A program made the position numbers and the translations under genes. Below, piece by piece: positions 16,798 through 29,207 of a DNA stretch of 64,000 bases. The notes under the pieces are model-generated. The model made no database searches, was not told the origin of the DNA, and was given only the letters and a program-made list of their open reading frames with translations. Numbering within the stretch: position 1 is the stretch's first letter; every line of letters begins with the position of its first letter. Source of the stretch: Dehalococcoidia bacterium (lineage in GTDB: Bacteria; Chloroflexota; Dehalococcoidia; GIF9; UBA5629); the NCBI GenBank assembly GCA_034432055.1, contig DAOUCT010000003.1, positions 75,949 through 139,948 on the forward strand, written 5' to 3'.

Positions 16798-17640
16798 ATG
16801 AAAACTCAGATTAAAGAAACGGCTGTCAATTTCGGCAGCCATGGAATAAAGCTCAGCGGCAGGCTGATTTTGCCCTCAACGGTGGACAGTCCACTGCCAG
16901 CAGCTATCCTTTGTCACGGCTTCGGTGCCAGCAAGAAGGCGATGATTCCCAGCGGTCGCTCTCTGGCAGAGCAGGGTATAGCCAGTCTCGTCTTCGACCT
17001 CCGGGGGCATGGCAATAGCCACGGTGCCGTGGACGGTCTCCCGGTAGACGATGTCCTCGATGCCTGGGAATTCATCTGCTGCCAGCCAGAGGTTGACACC
17101 AGAAGAACAGCTTTTATCGGTCATAGCCTCGGTGCTATGTCTGCCATCTTCGCCGCCAGTGAAGTCCACCCCAGAGCACTGGTGCTTCTCTCCTGTCCGC
17201 CAGAGACCAGCAATGAGTTCCCTGCGGACAACGAACCCAGTACCTACGGGCGATGGGGACCTGATACTGTCCTGGAATATCCCAGGCACGGTGCTTTCCC
17301 GTGGCTTAGTGGCATTGCTGCCATCGCCTGCCGGCTATGGATGTACCTGCACAGCTACAGCGTCAAGGTCAACTGGCAAAAATTTTTCCAGGCTCTCCGT
17401 GAATTAAAAATGTCTCCCGCACTGGAAAAGCTCGATGACTGCGCCAAACTGTTTGTCTTCTGCCTGGGAGATAAGGTCACTCCGTATTCCAAATCGTCAC
17501 TCGTGTACCAGACGGCACCTATGCCCAAAGAAGCCTTGCTAGCCAGCGGTGGTAACCACACTGCGCCACTGTCCAGCAAAATGTTGCGTGCTTCATGGCT
17601 TGGCTGGACAAGACAGGTCTTGCTGAACGGGGAGGACTGA
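16798..17640 (+). CDS. Alpha/beta-fold hydrolase
   Basis: HGFGASKK oxyanion region and GHSLGA nucleophile elbow; 280 aa. Confidence 0.75.
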   Translation: MKTQIKETAVNFGSHGIKLSGRLILPSTVDSPLPAAILCHGFGASKKAMIPSGRSLAEQGIASLVFDLRGHGNSHGAVDGLPVDDVLDAWEFICCQPEVDTRRTAFIGHSLGAMSAIFAASEVHPRALVLLSCPPETSNEFPADNEPSTYGRWGPDTVLEYPRHGAFPWLSGIAAIACRLWMYLHSYSVKVNWQKFFQALRELKMSPALEKLDDCAKLFVFCLGDKVTPYSKSSLVYQTAPMPKEALLASGGNHTAPLSSKMLRASWLGWTRQVLLNGED

Positions 17641-17641
17641 G

Positions 17642-18604
17642 ATGAGGGTGCTGGTTACCGGTGGTGCCGGGCGTCTCGGCGTGATAGTTTGTCAGACCTT
17701 TCTCGACGCCGGATATAAGGTGCGCGTCTTCGACCTGGACTCACCGCAGAACCGGCGCAATCTGAAAAAGCTTCACCCCGGAGAGAATGTGGACGTCTGC
17801 TGGGGCGATATCACCCAGCCCCATCTGATAGCACAGGGGCTGAACGGGGTAGATGCCATCGTGCATATGGCAGCCGTACTGCCACCGCTCACCGATAAAC
17901 GACCAGAGCTAGCATACAAAGTCAATGTCGGTGGCACCAGAAACCTGGTCAAACTGGTCAAAGAGCTATCACACCCGGTGGCGTTCGTCTTCACCTCCTC
18001 AGTAGCCGTCTTTGGCTGCCATCCCCAGCCACACCAACCACTTTGTCCCGAGAAAACGCCTCCACAGCCCATCGATACCTACGGCAAGACCAAACTCGCT
18101 GCCGAAGACCTGATAAGGGAGTCTGGCATCGATTTTGTGATTTTGCGCCTCACCGCCACCATGTATCTCGACTTTACCATTGCCGACATCAAGCGGATGT
18201 TCTCCGCCCCGCCGGAGACGCCGGTGGAGTTCTGCCATCCCACAGACGCCGCCACAGCTATCGTCAATGCAGTGCGTGACTTCGACAGGGTGAAAGGCAA
18301 CACTCTGGTCATCAGCGGCGGACCCGACCAGCGGATGTCCTACGGCGAGATGGTGGGCGCCATTCTCGGCTTGATGGGGCTGCCGCTACCGCCAAGAGAA
18401 AAGTTCTCTTCCATGCCCTTCTATCTGCACTGGTACGATACCGCCAGGGCTCAGGCACTGCTTGCCTTTCAGCGGCACAGTTTCACCGACTACCTCAAAG
18501 ACCTCGCCAGTTCTATTTCGAGAAAATACGGTCCCGGTTTTCTGGGATTCATGAAGTATGTGGTCAGCCCGGTGCTGGGCAAGGTCATCGTGCAGTTCTT
18601 TTAA
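17642..18604 (+). CDS. NAD-dependent epimerase/dehydratase family protein
   Basis: MRVLVTGGAGRLG Rossmann motif and YGKTK (YxxxK); 320 aa. Confidence 0.8.
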   Translation: MRVLVTGGAGRLGVIVCQTFLDAGYKVRVFDLDSPQNRRNLKKLHPGENVDVCWGDITQPHLIAQGLNGVDAIVHMAAVLPPLTDKRPELAYKVNVGGTRNLVKLVKELSHPVAFVFTSSVAVFGCHPQPHQPLCPEKTPPQPIDTYGKTKLAAEDLIRESGIDFVILRLTATMYLDFTIADIKRMFSAPPETPVEFCHPTDAATAIVNAVRDFDRVKGNTLVISGGPDQRMSYGEMVGAILGLMGLPLPPREKFSSMPFYLHWYDTARAQALLAFQRHSFTDYLKDLASSISRKYGPGFLGFMKYVVSPVLGKVIVQFF

Positions 18605-18774
18605 CCTCACCCTCACCTTAGTCCTCTCCCATCAAGGGAGAGGAAAAAAGAGGTACTCTCTCCCCTCGCGGGAGAGAGCTAGAGTGAGGGGGCAGTCCTC
18701 ACCTTCACCCTCACCTTAATCCTCTCCCGTCAAAAGAGAGGAGGAAAATAAGGACTCTCCCGTCAAGGGAGAGG
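18605..18774. repeat. Cluster 3 of the hairpin repeat family (4 copies)
   Basis: Copies: cctcaccttagtcctctcccatcaagggagagga; ctctctcccctcgcgggagagagctagagtgaggg; ccctcaccttaatcctctcccgtcaaaagagagg; ctctcccgtcaagggagagg. The cluster starts immediately after the epimerase stop codon. Confidence 0.85.
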
Positions 18775-18842
18775 AAAAAGGCACAGGGTATTGCGTCTTC
18801 CAGCGACCTCTGTTATACTATATAACAGTAAACCTTTAAGTC

Positions 18843-18856
18843 AGTCCAGCGAGGCT
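18843..18856 (+). promoter_or_regulatory. PyrR-binding loop in the pyr operon leader
   Basis: AGTCCAGCGAGGCT matches the PyrR RNA consensus ARUCCAGAGAGGYU at 13 of 14 positions. It is embedded in hairpin ccagc-gag-gctgg. Confidence 0.7.
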
Positions 18857-18897
18857 GGCAAGGGTAATTATGAGTAAAGAGTATTTTGCCGGTGTAA

Positions 18898-20530
<1,633 letters not shown>

Positions 20531-20531
<1 letters not shown>

Positions 20532-21880
20532 TGACCAGGATACTTATCCGCGGCGGGCATATCATCGACCCATCCCAAAATCTCGATGCGATAGGCGACC
20601 TGTCCATCAAAGACGGCAAGGTCGAATGGCTCGGCACCCACAATGCCGCATTACCTGAGGCTGAGACAGTACTCAACGCCGCAGGGCTTATCGTCACCCC
20701 GGGGTTCATCGACCTCCACTGTCACTTGAGACAGCCCGGGTTCGAGGACGCGGAGACCATTGCCACCGGCACTCTGGCTGCCGCCAGAGGCGGCTTCACC
20801 ACGGTGTGCTGTATGCCCAATACCCAACCACCGCTCGATAGCCTTGCTTCTGTGGACTATGTAAAACAAGTCGCCTCCACTGAAGGGTATGTGCGCGTCC
20901 TCCCCATTGCCAGCATCACCAGGGGAAGAAAGGGGCTTGAACTGGTGGAGATGGACGAACTGGCGAAAGCTGGTGTGGTTGCCTTCAGTGACGATGGTGA
21001 GCCAGTCTCCAGTTCCAGAGTCATGCGCCTGGCGATGGAATATGCGACTAGACTGGGGGTACCCATCATCGACCATTGTGAAGATAAAGGACTGAGCCAG
21101 GATGGGGTGATGAACGAGGGATGGGTCTCTGCCAGGCTCGGTCTCAGGGGGATACCGGCAGCCGCCGAGGAGGTAATGGTAGCCCGGGATATCAGGCTTG
21201 CAGAGCTTACCGGCGCCAGACTCCATATTGCCCATGTCAGCACCAGAGGGTCCGTGGAGATAATCCGCCATGCCAGGGAGAAGGGAATCGCGGTCACCGC
21301 TGAGGTCACCCCACACCACCTCCTCCTCACTGAGGAACGGGTAATGGGTTCAGAACCTGGCAACAACACCCTCTTCCACTATGACACCAGCGCAAAGGTC
21401 AACCCACCACTGCGCACCCGGGACGACACCACCGCCCTTATCAAAGGCATTAAAGATAGCACCATCGATGCCATCGCCACCGACCATGCACCGCACACAC
21501 TGGTGGACAAGCTATGCGAGTTCAATATCGCCGCCTTCGGCATCAGCGGACTGGAGACCGCCTTCGGCTGTTTGATGCTGCTGGTGCACAACAAGGAGAT
21601 AGACTTGATAACACTGGTATCCCTGTTGACCTGCAAGCCGGCGAAAATCATCGGCAACAAATTTGGCGAGCTGGGCACCCTGCGACCGGGCTGTCCTGCC
21701 GATATCACGCTCTTTGACCCTGACAGGGAATGGGTAGTGGACAGTCGCACCTTTGCTTCCAAAGGGAAAAACACACCATTTGAAGGACAAACCTTAAAAG
21801 GCAAAATAATGGCTACCATCGTACAGGGCAAAATCGTCTATCGTGATGCCGCCCTCAAGCTAAAGACGGGGAAAGCTTGA
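20531..21880 (+). CDS. pyrC: Dihydroorotase
   Basis: DLHCHLRQPG metal-binding HxH motif; 449 aa; overlaps the pyrB stop (TAATG). Confidence 0.9.
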
Positions 21881-21931
21881 GTCCCGCTTACTGAAAAGAA
21901 TAACTATACCCGAAACATGAGAGGATGACAG

Positions 21932-23026
21932 ATGAGTAAAAAAGGAATACTGGTACTCGATGACGGTACCTTCTATGAAGGCTATTGCTTTGGTGCTGAA
22001 AGGACTGCCTACGGCGAAGTGGTCTTTGACACCAGCATGACCGGATACCAGGAGATGCTTACCGACCCTTCCTTTGCCGGACAGATCGTAGTCCCCACCT
22101 ACCCGCTTATCGGCAATTACGGCATAAACGACACAGACTCTGAATCGGCAAAAATCCAGGTGAGAGGCTTCGTGGTCAGAGAGTACTGTGAGAGCCCCAG
22201 CCACTGGCAGAGTAAATTGACGCTGCATGAGTACCTGCTCAACAACGGCGTCCCTGGGCTTGCATCGGTGGATACCAGAATGCTGACACGCCGCTTGCGT
22301 ACAAAGGGGGTGACCATGGGTATCCTGACTTCAGAGATGACTGTAGCCGAGGCGCTGGAACAACTGAAAGGCTCACCCACCTACGATAGCGTTGATTTTG
22401 TAAAGCAGGTGACCACTGCCCGCCAATACGACTGGAAACCGGTAGCAACCGGGAAGACATCTTACCATATAGCGGTCATCGATTTAGGCATGAAATATAA
22501 TATCGCCAGGGTATTGTCACACCTTGGCTGTCAGGTCACGGTCATCCCCTGTACCACACCAGCCGAACACATCCTGGACGTTTTGAGACCGGACGGGGTC
22601 ATCCTGTCACCGGGTCCCGGTAACCCTGATGTCATCCATTACCTTACAGATACGGTACACAAGCTTATCTTTCGCAAACCGGTGATGGGCATCTGCCTTG
22701 GTCACCAGCTTATTGGCGCTGTATTTGGAGCCCGGACCTTCAAACTGAAATTCGGGCATCGTGGCGGCAACCACCCGGTCCGCGACCTGGCGACAAACAG
22801 GGTCTACATCACAACTCAGAACCACGGCTATGCTATAGACCCCGACACTGTAACAGGGGGGCTCGAGATTAGCCATATCAATTTGAACGATGGTACAGTC
22901 GAGGGACTTCGCCATCAAGAATTACCACTGCTCTCCATCCAGTACCACTCTGAAGGTAGCCCCGGTCCTCAAGACAACACCTATCTCTTCCAGCGCTTTC
23001 TGGAAATTGTGAGGGAGAATATATAA
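21932..23026 (+). CDS. carA: Carbamoyl-phosphate synthase small (glutaminase) subunit
   Basis: GATase active site GICLGHQL; HGYAI; 364 aa. Confidence 0.93.
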   Translation: MSKKGILVLDDGTFYEGYCFGAERTAYGEVVFDTSMTGYQEMLTDPSFAGQIVVPTYPLIGNYGINDTDSESAKIQVRGFVVREYCESPSHWQSKLTLHEYLLNNGVPGLASVDTRMLTRRLRTKGVTMGILTSEMTVAEALEQLKGSPTYDSVDFVKQVTTARQYDWKPVATGKTSYHIAVIDLGMKYNIARVLSHLGCQVTVIPCTTPAEHILDVLRPDGVILSPGPGNPDVIHYLTDTVHKLIFRKPVMGICLGHQLIGAVFGARTFKLKFGHRGGNHPVRDLATNRVYITTQNHGYAIDPDTVTGGLEISHINLNDGTVEGLRHQELPLLSIQYHSEGSPGPQDNTYLFQRFLEIVRENI

Positions 23027-26000
23027 ATGGCTAAAGTATCCAAGGTCCTGGTCATCGGCTCCGGTCCGATAATTATCGGACAGGCAGCGGAATTCGACTA
23101 TTCCGGAACACAGGCATGTAAATCACTCCGTGAAGAAGGCGTGACCACTATTCTGGTCAATTCCAACCCGGCGACCATCATGACCGATGAAGGGATAGCC
23201 GACATCGTCTATATCGAGCCGCTCACAGTAGAGGTGATAGCCAGGATAATCGAACGCGAACGACCTGATGGCATTTTGCCCACGCTGGGTGGACAGACCG
23301 GGCTAAACATGGCAGTGGAACTTGCCGATGCTGGCGTGCTGGAAAAATACAATGTCCGGCTATTGGGCACACCACTGAACACAATCAGGAAGGCAGAAGA
23401 AAGGTCTTTATTCAAGCAATTGTTAATAGATATAGGTGAGCCGGTCCCATCCAGTGTCACTGTTCATTCGGTCGAGGAGGCGAAAAGGTTTGCCTGCGAA
23501 ATCGGTCTGCCGCTAATTATCCGCCCATCATACACTTTAGGAGGTACAGGGGGTGGGATAGCTCATACCCTGGAGGAACTGGAAAGCGTGGTAGCTAACG
23601 GACTCGCCTCGAGCCTCAGCCACGAGGTCCTGGTGGAAAAATGTGTTCTGGGATGGAAAGAGATAGAGTATGAGGTGATGCGCGATGCTGCTGATAACTG
23701 CATCACCGTTTGTTGCATGGAAAATGTTGACCCTATGGGCATCCATACAGGCGACAGCATCGTGGTTGCCCCCAGCCAAACGATGACCGACAAAGAGTAC
23801 CAGATGCTGCGTTCTGCCAGCCTGAGGATCATCCGTGCCCTGGGTATTGAAGGGGGCTGTAACATACAATTCGCCCTCACCCCACACCCGATAGTAGCTG
23901 AAAAGTGGGCACCCGACCAGCTCCGTGTGACCCAGAGCCAGTACTATGTTATCGAGGTCAACCCCAGGGTCAGCCGTAGCTCGGCTCTAGCAAGCAAAGC
24001 CACCGGCTACCCTATCGCCAGAGTGGCAGCAAAAATAGCCATAGGCAAGAGGCTCGACGAGATCCCAAACCGCATCACCGGCAAGACACTGGCAGCCTTT
24101 GAGCCTGTCGTTGACTACTGCGTTGTCAAAATTCCCCGCTGGCCCTTCGATAAGTTCACCCTGGGCGACCGCACCATCGGCACCCAGATGAAAGCCACCG
24201 GCGAGGTAATGGCAATCGAACGCTGCTTCGAGGCTGCCCTGCAAAAAGCGGTTCACTCTCTGGAATTCGGTAAAAGGAGCCTTCTGTGGGAAGATAAAAG
24301 CTGGGCACAAAGCACAGACATCGGTTCCCTCCCTCTACACCCCAACGATTTGAGGTTGTGGGCAATTATGGCAGCTTTGAGGCGCGGCATTAACTGCGAG
24401 CAGATAGCACAGCGTACTGGCATCGACCCCTGGTTTATCTACAAGATGCTCAACATCGTCAACATGGAGAAACGGCTCCTGTCAGAGCCACTGACCCCAG
24501 ACCTGATGCGGGAGGCAAAACAGCTTGGTTTTTCCGATGAGCAAATCGGCGTCCTGGCTGACAGATTGCCGGAGCAGGTGCGTCAGCTACGCCATAGCTG
24601 GCAAATAAGACCGGTGTACAAAATGGTAGATACCTGCGCTGCTGAATTTGAGGCTGAGACACCCTACTTCTATAGCACTTACGAGCAGGAGAACGAGGCT
24701 GAGCCGATGCCAGGCAAGAAAGCCGTGGTCATCGGTAGCGGTCCTATCCGTATCGGACAGGGAATAGAGTTCGATTATTGCTCCGTCCACGCCGCCTGGG
24801 CATTGAGAGACACGGGTATCCACAGTATTATGGTCAATTCTAACCCGGAGACTGTCTCCACCGATTTCGACACCAGCGACCGCCTTTACTTCGAGGCACT
24901 TAATGAGGAGAGCATGAGGAATATACTCGAGAACGAAGGGGGCTACACTACCGACTCATTGCCGCCAGTCATTGTCCAGTTCGGCGGGCAAACAGCAATC
25001 AACCTTGCTGAGCCACTTGCCCGTAGCAACTTGCCCATCCTGGGCTCAAGCGCCGAGACTATAGACATAGCTGAAGACCGCCGCCGCTTTGAGGAGTTCC
25101 TCAGCCGCCTGGGAATACCCCAACCACCAGGCGCCGGGGTGACAACACTAAAAGAAGCAGTCAGCACCGCCGGGCGACTTGGCTATCCAGTACTCGTCCG
25201 CCCCAGCTACGTCCTCGGAGGTAGAGCCATGGAAATAGTCCACAATGAGGACGAACTGGTCCGCTATATCTCCCTGGCACTGGAAATGGACAGCAAACAC
25301 CCCACCCTGATTGACAAGTATTTCGAAGGTAAAGAAGTTGAGGTGGACGCGGTGAGCGATGGCGAAGATGTGCTCATACCCGGGATAATGGAACACATAG
25401 AGCGCGCCGGTGTGCACAGCGGTGACTCGATAGCCGTCTACCCGGCGCTTAACCTGACACAGGACGAGGTCAACACCATAGTGGAGTACACCACACGGAT
25501 AGGGCGTGCTCTTGAGGTTAAGGGGCTGATGAACATCCAGTTTGTAATCATGCCTGGCAACGGAGGGAAAAGCTCTATATATGTACTCGAGGTCAACCCG
25601 CGTGCCAGCCGCACCATACCTTTTATCTCCAAGATTACTGGCGTGCCCATGGTGCGCATCGCCACTAAAGTGATGCTTGGCACCAGCCTCAAGGAGCAGG
25701 GCTATACTGGCGGGCTGTGGCGGAGACGGAAACTCGTTGGCATCAAAGCGCCAGTGTTCTCTATGTCAAAACTCACCGGCGTTGACACCTACCTGGGACC
25801 GGAGATGAAGTCCACAGGTGAGATAATGGGCATTGACTACACCTTCGAATCAGCCCTGGCTAAAGCACTCATCGCTGCCGGACTGATGCTGCCGGGGCAC
25901 GGTAACCTCCTGTTCAGTATTGCTGACAAGAACAAGAAGGAAGCACTGCCTATTATCCACGGCTTCTATTCACTGGGGTACGGGCTTTATGCCACCGAGG

Positions 26001-26308
26001 GAACCGCCAACTTCATCGAGTCTCAGGGGATAAAAGTGAATAAAGTCACCAAAAAGCTGGGCGAAGGACATCCCAATGTGGTTGACGTTATCAACGATGG
26101 CTCAGTGACTGGTGTTATAAACACCATAACCGGCGGGCGTGTCCCCCTTCAAGACGGCTTTCATATCCGCCGTGCCGCGGCGGAGCACCGCATCCCCTGT
26201 TTCACCTCGTTGGACACAGCCCGTGTCGCCCTACAAGCCATCACCAGCAGCAGCCAGATTTTCACCGTCTGCAGGTTAAGTGAATATCTTAACAGGCAAG
26301 AGGTGTGA
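23027..26308 (+). CDS. carB: Carbamoyl-phosphate synthase large subunit
   Basis: 1093 aa. Duplicated ATP-grasp halves ([21 protein letters not shown] and [20 protein letters not shown]) and an MGS-like C-terminus. Confidence 0.95.
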   Translation: MAKVSKVLVIGSGPIIIGQAAEFDYSGTQACKSLREEGVTTILVNSNPATIMTDEGIADIVYIEPLTVEVIARIIERERPDGILPTLGGQTGLNMAVELADAGVLEKYNVRLLGTPLNTIRKAEERSLFKQLLIDIGEPVPSSVTVHSVEEAKRFACEIGLPLIIRPSYTLGGTGGGIAHTLEELESVVANGLASSLSHEVLVEKCVLGWKEIEYEVMRDAADNCITVCCMENVDPMGIHTGDSIVVAPSQTMTDKEYQMLRSASLRIIRALGIEGGCNIQFALTPHPIVAEKWAPDQLRVTQSQYYVIEVNPRVSRSSALASKATGYPIARVAAKIAIGKRLDEIPNRITGKTLAAFEPVVDYCVVKIPRWPFDKFTLGDRTIGTQMKATGEVMAIERCFEAALQKAVHSLEFGKRSLLWEDKSWAQSTDIGSLPLHPNDLRLWAIMAALRRGINCEQIAQRTGIDPWFIYKMLNIVNMEKRLLSEPLTPDLMREAKQLGFSDEQIGVLADRLPEQVRQLRHSWQIRPVYKMVDTCAAEFEAETPYFYSTYEQENEAEPMPGKKAVVIGSGPIRIGQGIEFDYCSVHAAWALRDTGIHSIMVNSNPETVSTDFDTSDRLYFEALNEESMRNILENEGGYTTDSLPPVIVQFGGQTAINLAEPLARSNLPILGSSAETIDIAEDRRRFEEFLSRLGIPQPPGAGVTTLKEAVSTAGRLGYPVLVRPSYVLGGRAMEIVHNEDELVRYISLALEMDSKHPTLIDKYFEGKEVEVDAVSDGEDVLIPGIMEHIERAGVHSGDSIAVYPALNLTQDEVNTIVEYTTRIGRALEVKGLMNIQFVIMPGNGGKSSIYVLEVNPRASRTIPFISKITGVPMVRIATKVMLGTSLKEQGYTGGLWRRRKLVGIKAPVFSMSKLTGVDTYLGPEMKSTGEIMGIDYTFESALAKALIAAGLMLPGHGNLLFSIADKNKKEALPIIHGFYSLGYGLYATEGTANFIESQGIKVNKVTKKLGEGHPNVVDVINDGSVTGVINTITGGRVPLQDGFHIRRAAAEHRIPCFTSLDTARVALQAITSSSQIFTVCRLSEYLNRQEV

Positions 26309-26315
26309 CTATACC

Positions 26316-27095
26316 TTGAAACTGGTCTCAGCCCGTATCGTGTCCAACATAGAGCTTATTCCGGGGCATGGTCTGCTCTGTATCGAAGCACCCTACATTG
26401 CCGCTAATGCTCAGCCAGGACAGTTTATCACCATAAAGTGTGGTGAAGAACTGTTTCTTCGCCGCCCCTTCAGTGTACACAAGACCGCTGGCACAGACCT
26501 GGTATTCGTTTTCTTTAAAATCGTCGGCAAAGGCACTATCTGGCTTTCGCAACGCACCAGAGGCGAGACGCTCGACGTGCTGGGACCACTGGGAAACGGT
26601 TTCTCAGTCCCCAGGTCGGCAAAAAAACTGCTTCTTATCGCCGGTGGTGCCGGCATCGCCCCCCTCGTTTTCCTGGCACAACGAGCTCCGGCACAGGGCA
26701 AGACTGTGAAACTCGTTATCGGCGCACAGACCGCGAGACAACTTTATCCTGAGGAGCAACTGCCTTCAGGTATAGAGAAGATATTCGTGACCGAAGATGC
26801 TAGCAGGGGCGAAAAAGGCACCGTAACCCAATTCCTTGCCAGGCACACAGGCGACCTTGTCATGTGGTCCGACCGAATTTATGCCTGCGGTCCTCTGGCT
26901 ATGTACCAGGAAATCGAGAGGCAGGGCTGGCACCAGAAAAGGGCAGTCCAGGTTTCCCTGGAGATAAGGATGGGCTGTGGTATCGGTGCCTGCTATGGAT
27001 GCAGCATAATGACCAGGAAAGGGATGAAACAGGTCTGCAAAGACGGTCCCGTTTTTAACATCGAGGATATCTTATGGGAGGAGGTCAGAATATGA
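26316..27095 (+). CDS. pyrK: Dihydroorotate dehydrogenase electron-transfer subunit PyrK
   Basis: RRPFSV FAD motif, GGAGIAPL NAD motif, and 2Fe-2S motif CGIGACYGC...VCKDGPVF. I prefer the TTG start at 26316 (aagaggtg SD) to the track start 26280, which lies inside carB. Confidence 0.85.
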   Translation: MKLVSARIVSNIELIPGHGLLCIEAPYIAANAQPGQFITIKCGEELFLRRPFSVHKTAGTDLVFVFFKIVGKGTIWLSQRTRGETLDVLGPLGNGFSVPRSAKKLLLIAGGAGIAPLVFLAQRAPAQGKTVKLVIGAQTARQLYPEEQLPSGIEKIFVTEDASRGEKGTVTQFLARHTGDLVMWSDRIYACGPLAMYQEIERQGWHQKRAVQVSLEIRMGCGIGACYGCSIMTRKGMKQVCKDGPVFNIEDILWEEVRI

Positions 27096-27511
27096 AGGTA
27101 GTCACCAGAACCCTCACATTCAGTACGCGCGGCAACTGCGACCTGATCGACATAACCGCGGAAGTAGCCCGGGAGGTGAGCAACTCGGGGTTAAAGGACG
27201 GCATCTTGACCATCTTCGTTACCGGGTCAACCGCCGGATTAACCACCATCGAGTATGAAAGCGGACTGATAAGCGATTTCAAGAATATGTGGGAGCGGCA
27301 TGTCCCGCGGGATATGACATACCAGCACGACCTCAAATGGGGGGATGGCAATGGCTACTCCCATGTCAGAGCATCCCTCCAGGGAGCCTCCTTCACCGTC
27401 CCCTTCAACGATAACAAGTTGACCCTGGGGACCTGGCAGCAGATCGTCCTCGTAGACTTCGATAACCGTCCCCGTTCAAGAAACATTGTCCTGCAGCTAC
27501 TGGGCGAATAG
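27092..27511 (+). CDS. YjbQ/UPF0047 family protein (secondary thiamine-phosphate synthase-like)
   Basis: LTFSTRGNCDLIDIT...GILTIFVTGSTAGLTTIEYE...HVRASLQGASFTVPF...GTWQQIVLVDFD. I place the start at ATG 27092 behind a ggaggaggt SD (ATGA overlap with pyrK). Confidence 0.8.
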   Translation: MKVVTRTLTFSTRGNCDLIDITAEVAREVSNSGLKDGILTIFVTGSTAGLTTIEYESGLISDFKNMWERHVPRDMTYQHDLKWGDGNGYSHVRASLQGASFTVPFNDNKLTLGTWQQIVLVDFDNRPRSRNIVLQLLGE

Positions 27512-27542
27512 GCAACGATGTCACCCTATTCTGTCAATTACC

Positions 27543-27571
27543 TTGATAAGCATGACTTGCCAGGGTAAAAT
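27543..27571 (+). promoter_or_regulatory. Sigma70-type promoter of the first GT4 gene
   Basis: TTGATA (27543-27548), 17-nt spacer, TAAAAT (27566-27571). Shares the 12-mer agggtaaaatgt with the second GT4 promoter. Confidence 0.55.
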
Positions 27572-27606
27572 GTTGCCGTTCCTATTCCCAACTCAAAAAA
27601 TCTGTC

Positions 27607-28848
27607 ATGCGCATTTGCTTACTCAGTTACAGAAGCTACCGCTATTCCGGAGGACAAGGGGTCTACCTCCGATACCTGAGCCGTGCTCTCTGCGAGCTGG
27701 GACACGAAGTTGATGTCATATCTGGACCACCTTATCCCGACCTCGACCCGCCAGCAAAGCTAATCAAATTACCCAGCCTTGACCTGTATTCCATATCGTC
27801 GGTTGCCCGGTTGTTTATCAACCCTCGCAGACTCGATTCCATACCTGACATAGTAGAATGGCTCGGTGTCATCAGCGGCTATTTTGCTGAGCCACTCTCT
27901 TTCGGCATGCGCGCCTATGAGTTTCTCCGCAGAAATAACAATTACGATATAGTCCACGACAATCAGACGCTTGCTTACGGTATTTTAAAGATTCAGCAAC
28001 TGGGACTACCGGTTGTAGAAACGATACATCACTCTATATTCCTCGACCGTGAACTGGCAATAAAGTCAGCGAAGTCCATTAAGGATAAGCTGGGGCTTAG
28101 GCGATGGTACTCTTTCCTTAACATGCAGAAAAAAGTAGCCCGTCAGCTTTCACACATTATCACCGTATCCCGCAATTCAGCAGAACATATTGCACAGGCT
28201 TTCGACCTCCCAAGAGAAAAACTCCGCATCGTTTATAATGGGATCGATACCCAGACCTTCTGCCCTTCCCCAAAAATAAGACGCCTGGAAAATAGACTGG
28301 TCACAGTTATCAGCGGCAACATAGCTGTAAAAGGCTTGAATTACTTGCTTGAGGCGTTCACAGTACTGAGACAACAACACCCACTGGAACTGCTCGTTAT
28401 CGGCAAAGGCGCTAAAACTCCCGCAGTCCAGAAAATGGTGACGAGTTTGGGGATTGAAGATTATGTAAAATTTGTCGGTGAAGTGACCACCGAAGAACTG
28501 GCAGACCATTACCGTCTAGCCACCATAGTAGTCATTCCATCGACGTACGAAGGTTTCGGACTACCGGCGGCGGAAGCCATGGCTTGTGCTGCCCCGGTGG
28601 TATCCACCTCTGCCGGTGCGTTACCGGAAGTAGTTGGCGATGCCGGACTACTGGTACCACCAGCCGATATCAAAGCTCTTGTCGATGCCATATCGGCATT
28701 ACTAACGAACGTAGAAAAACGCCAGTCGCTCGGCGAAGCCGGTTATAAGAGGGTTATTCAAAATTTCAACTGGCGCACCGCAGCCAGCCGTACGGTGGAT
28801 GTCTATACCGAGAAATTAGAGCACAACAAACGCTTGAACCTTAAATAG
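27607..28848 (+). CDS. Family 4 glycosyltransferase (GT-B, retaining type)
   Basis: N-terminal MRICLLSYRSYRYSGGQGVY and the E-x7-E motif EGFGLPAAEAMACAAPVV; 413 aa. Confidence 0.88.
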   Translation: MRICLLSYRSYRYSGGQGVYLRYLSRALCELGHEVDVISGPPYPDLDPPAKLIKLPSLDLYSISSVARLFINPRRLDSIPDIVEWLGVISGYFAEPLSFGMRAYEFLRRNNNYDIVHDNQTLAYGILKIQQLGLPVVETIHHSIFLDRELAIKSAKSIKDKLGLRRWYSFLNMQKKVARQLSHIITVSRNSAEHIAQAFDLPREKLRIVYNGIDTQTFCPSPKIRRLENRLVTVISGNIAVKGLNYLLEAFTVLRQQHPLELLVIGKGAKTPAVQKMVTSLGIEDYVKFVGEVTTEELADHYRLATIVVIPSTYEGFGLPAAEAMACAAPVVSTSAGALPEVVGDAGLLVPPADIKALVDAISALLTNVEKRQSLGEAGYKRVIQNFNWRTAASRTVDVYTEKLEHNKRLNLK

Positions 28849-28948
28849 CAAACCGGCAAATTCGAGCTCACTTGTAGCTATGAGCTAGTTCAGATAGATG
28901 GGTGACACACGGGCATAGCAGTGCGGGAAGGGCATTGCCTGCTTTATC

Positions 28949-29094
28949 TCACCCTCACCTTAATCCTCTCCCGTCAAGGGAGAGGAAAGAAGGAAGAAAC
29001 TCCACCATCAAATGGGAAAGGTTCTCTCTCCCCTTGTGGGAGAGAGTTAGAGTGAGGGGGAGTCCCTCCCACCAAGGGAGAGGTTAGGTGAGGG
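28949..29094. repeat. Cluster 4 of the hairpin repeat family (3 copies) between the GT4 paralogs
   Basis: Copies: caccctcaccttaatcctctcccgtcaagggagagga; ctctctccccttgtgggagagagttagagtgaggggg; ccctcccaccaagggagaggttaggtgaggg. Confidence 0.85.
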
Positions 29095-29129
29095 CAAGTG
29101 TCACTAATCTACTGGACGAGTACAAGCTA

Positions 29130-29158
29130 TTGCCATATCTGCGGATAAAGGGTAAAAT
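29130..29158 (+). promoter_or_regulatory. Sigma70-type promoter of the second GT4 gene
   Basis: TTGCCA (29130-29135), 17-nt spacer, TAAAAT (29153-29158). Confidence 0.55.
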
Positions 29159-29207
29159 GTGTGCGGTTTGCTGCCAAGGCGGCTAAGACAGAAAGGCGCA
29201 TTTTTCC

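Noticed and set aside
28902-29087. 61-aa ORF (and the 80-aa ORF at 47543-47785) with PLPSRER / SPLP-type sequence
   Set aside because: They lie entirely within hairpin repeat clusters. The apparent peptides are translations of the CTCTCCC/GGGAGAG repeats.
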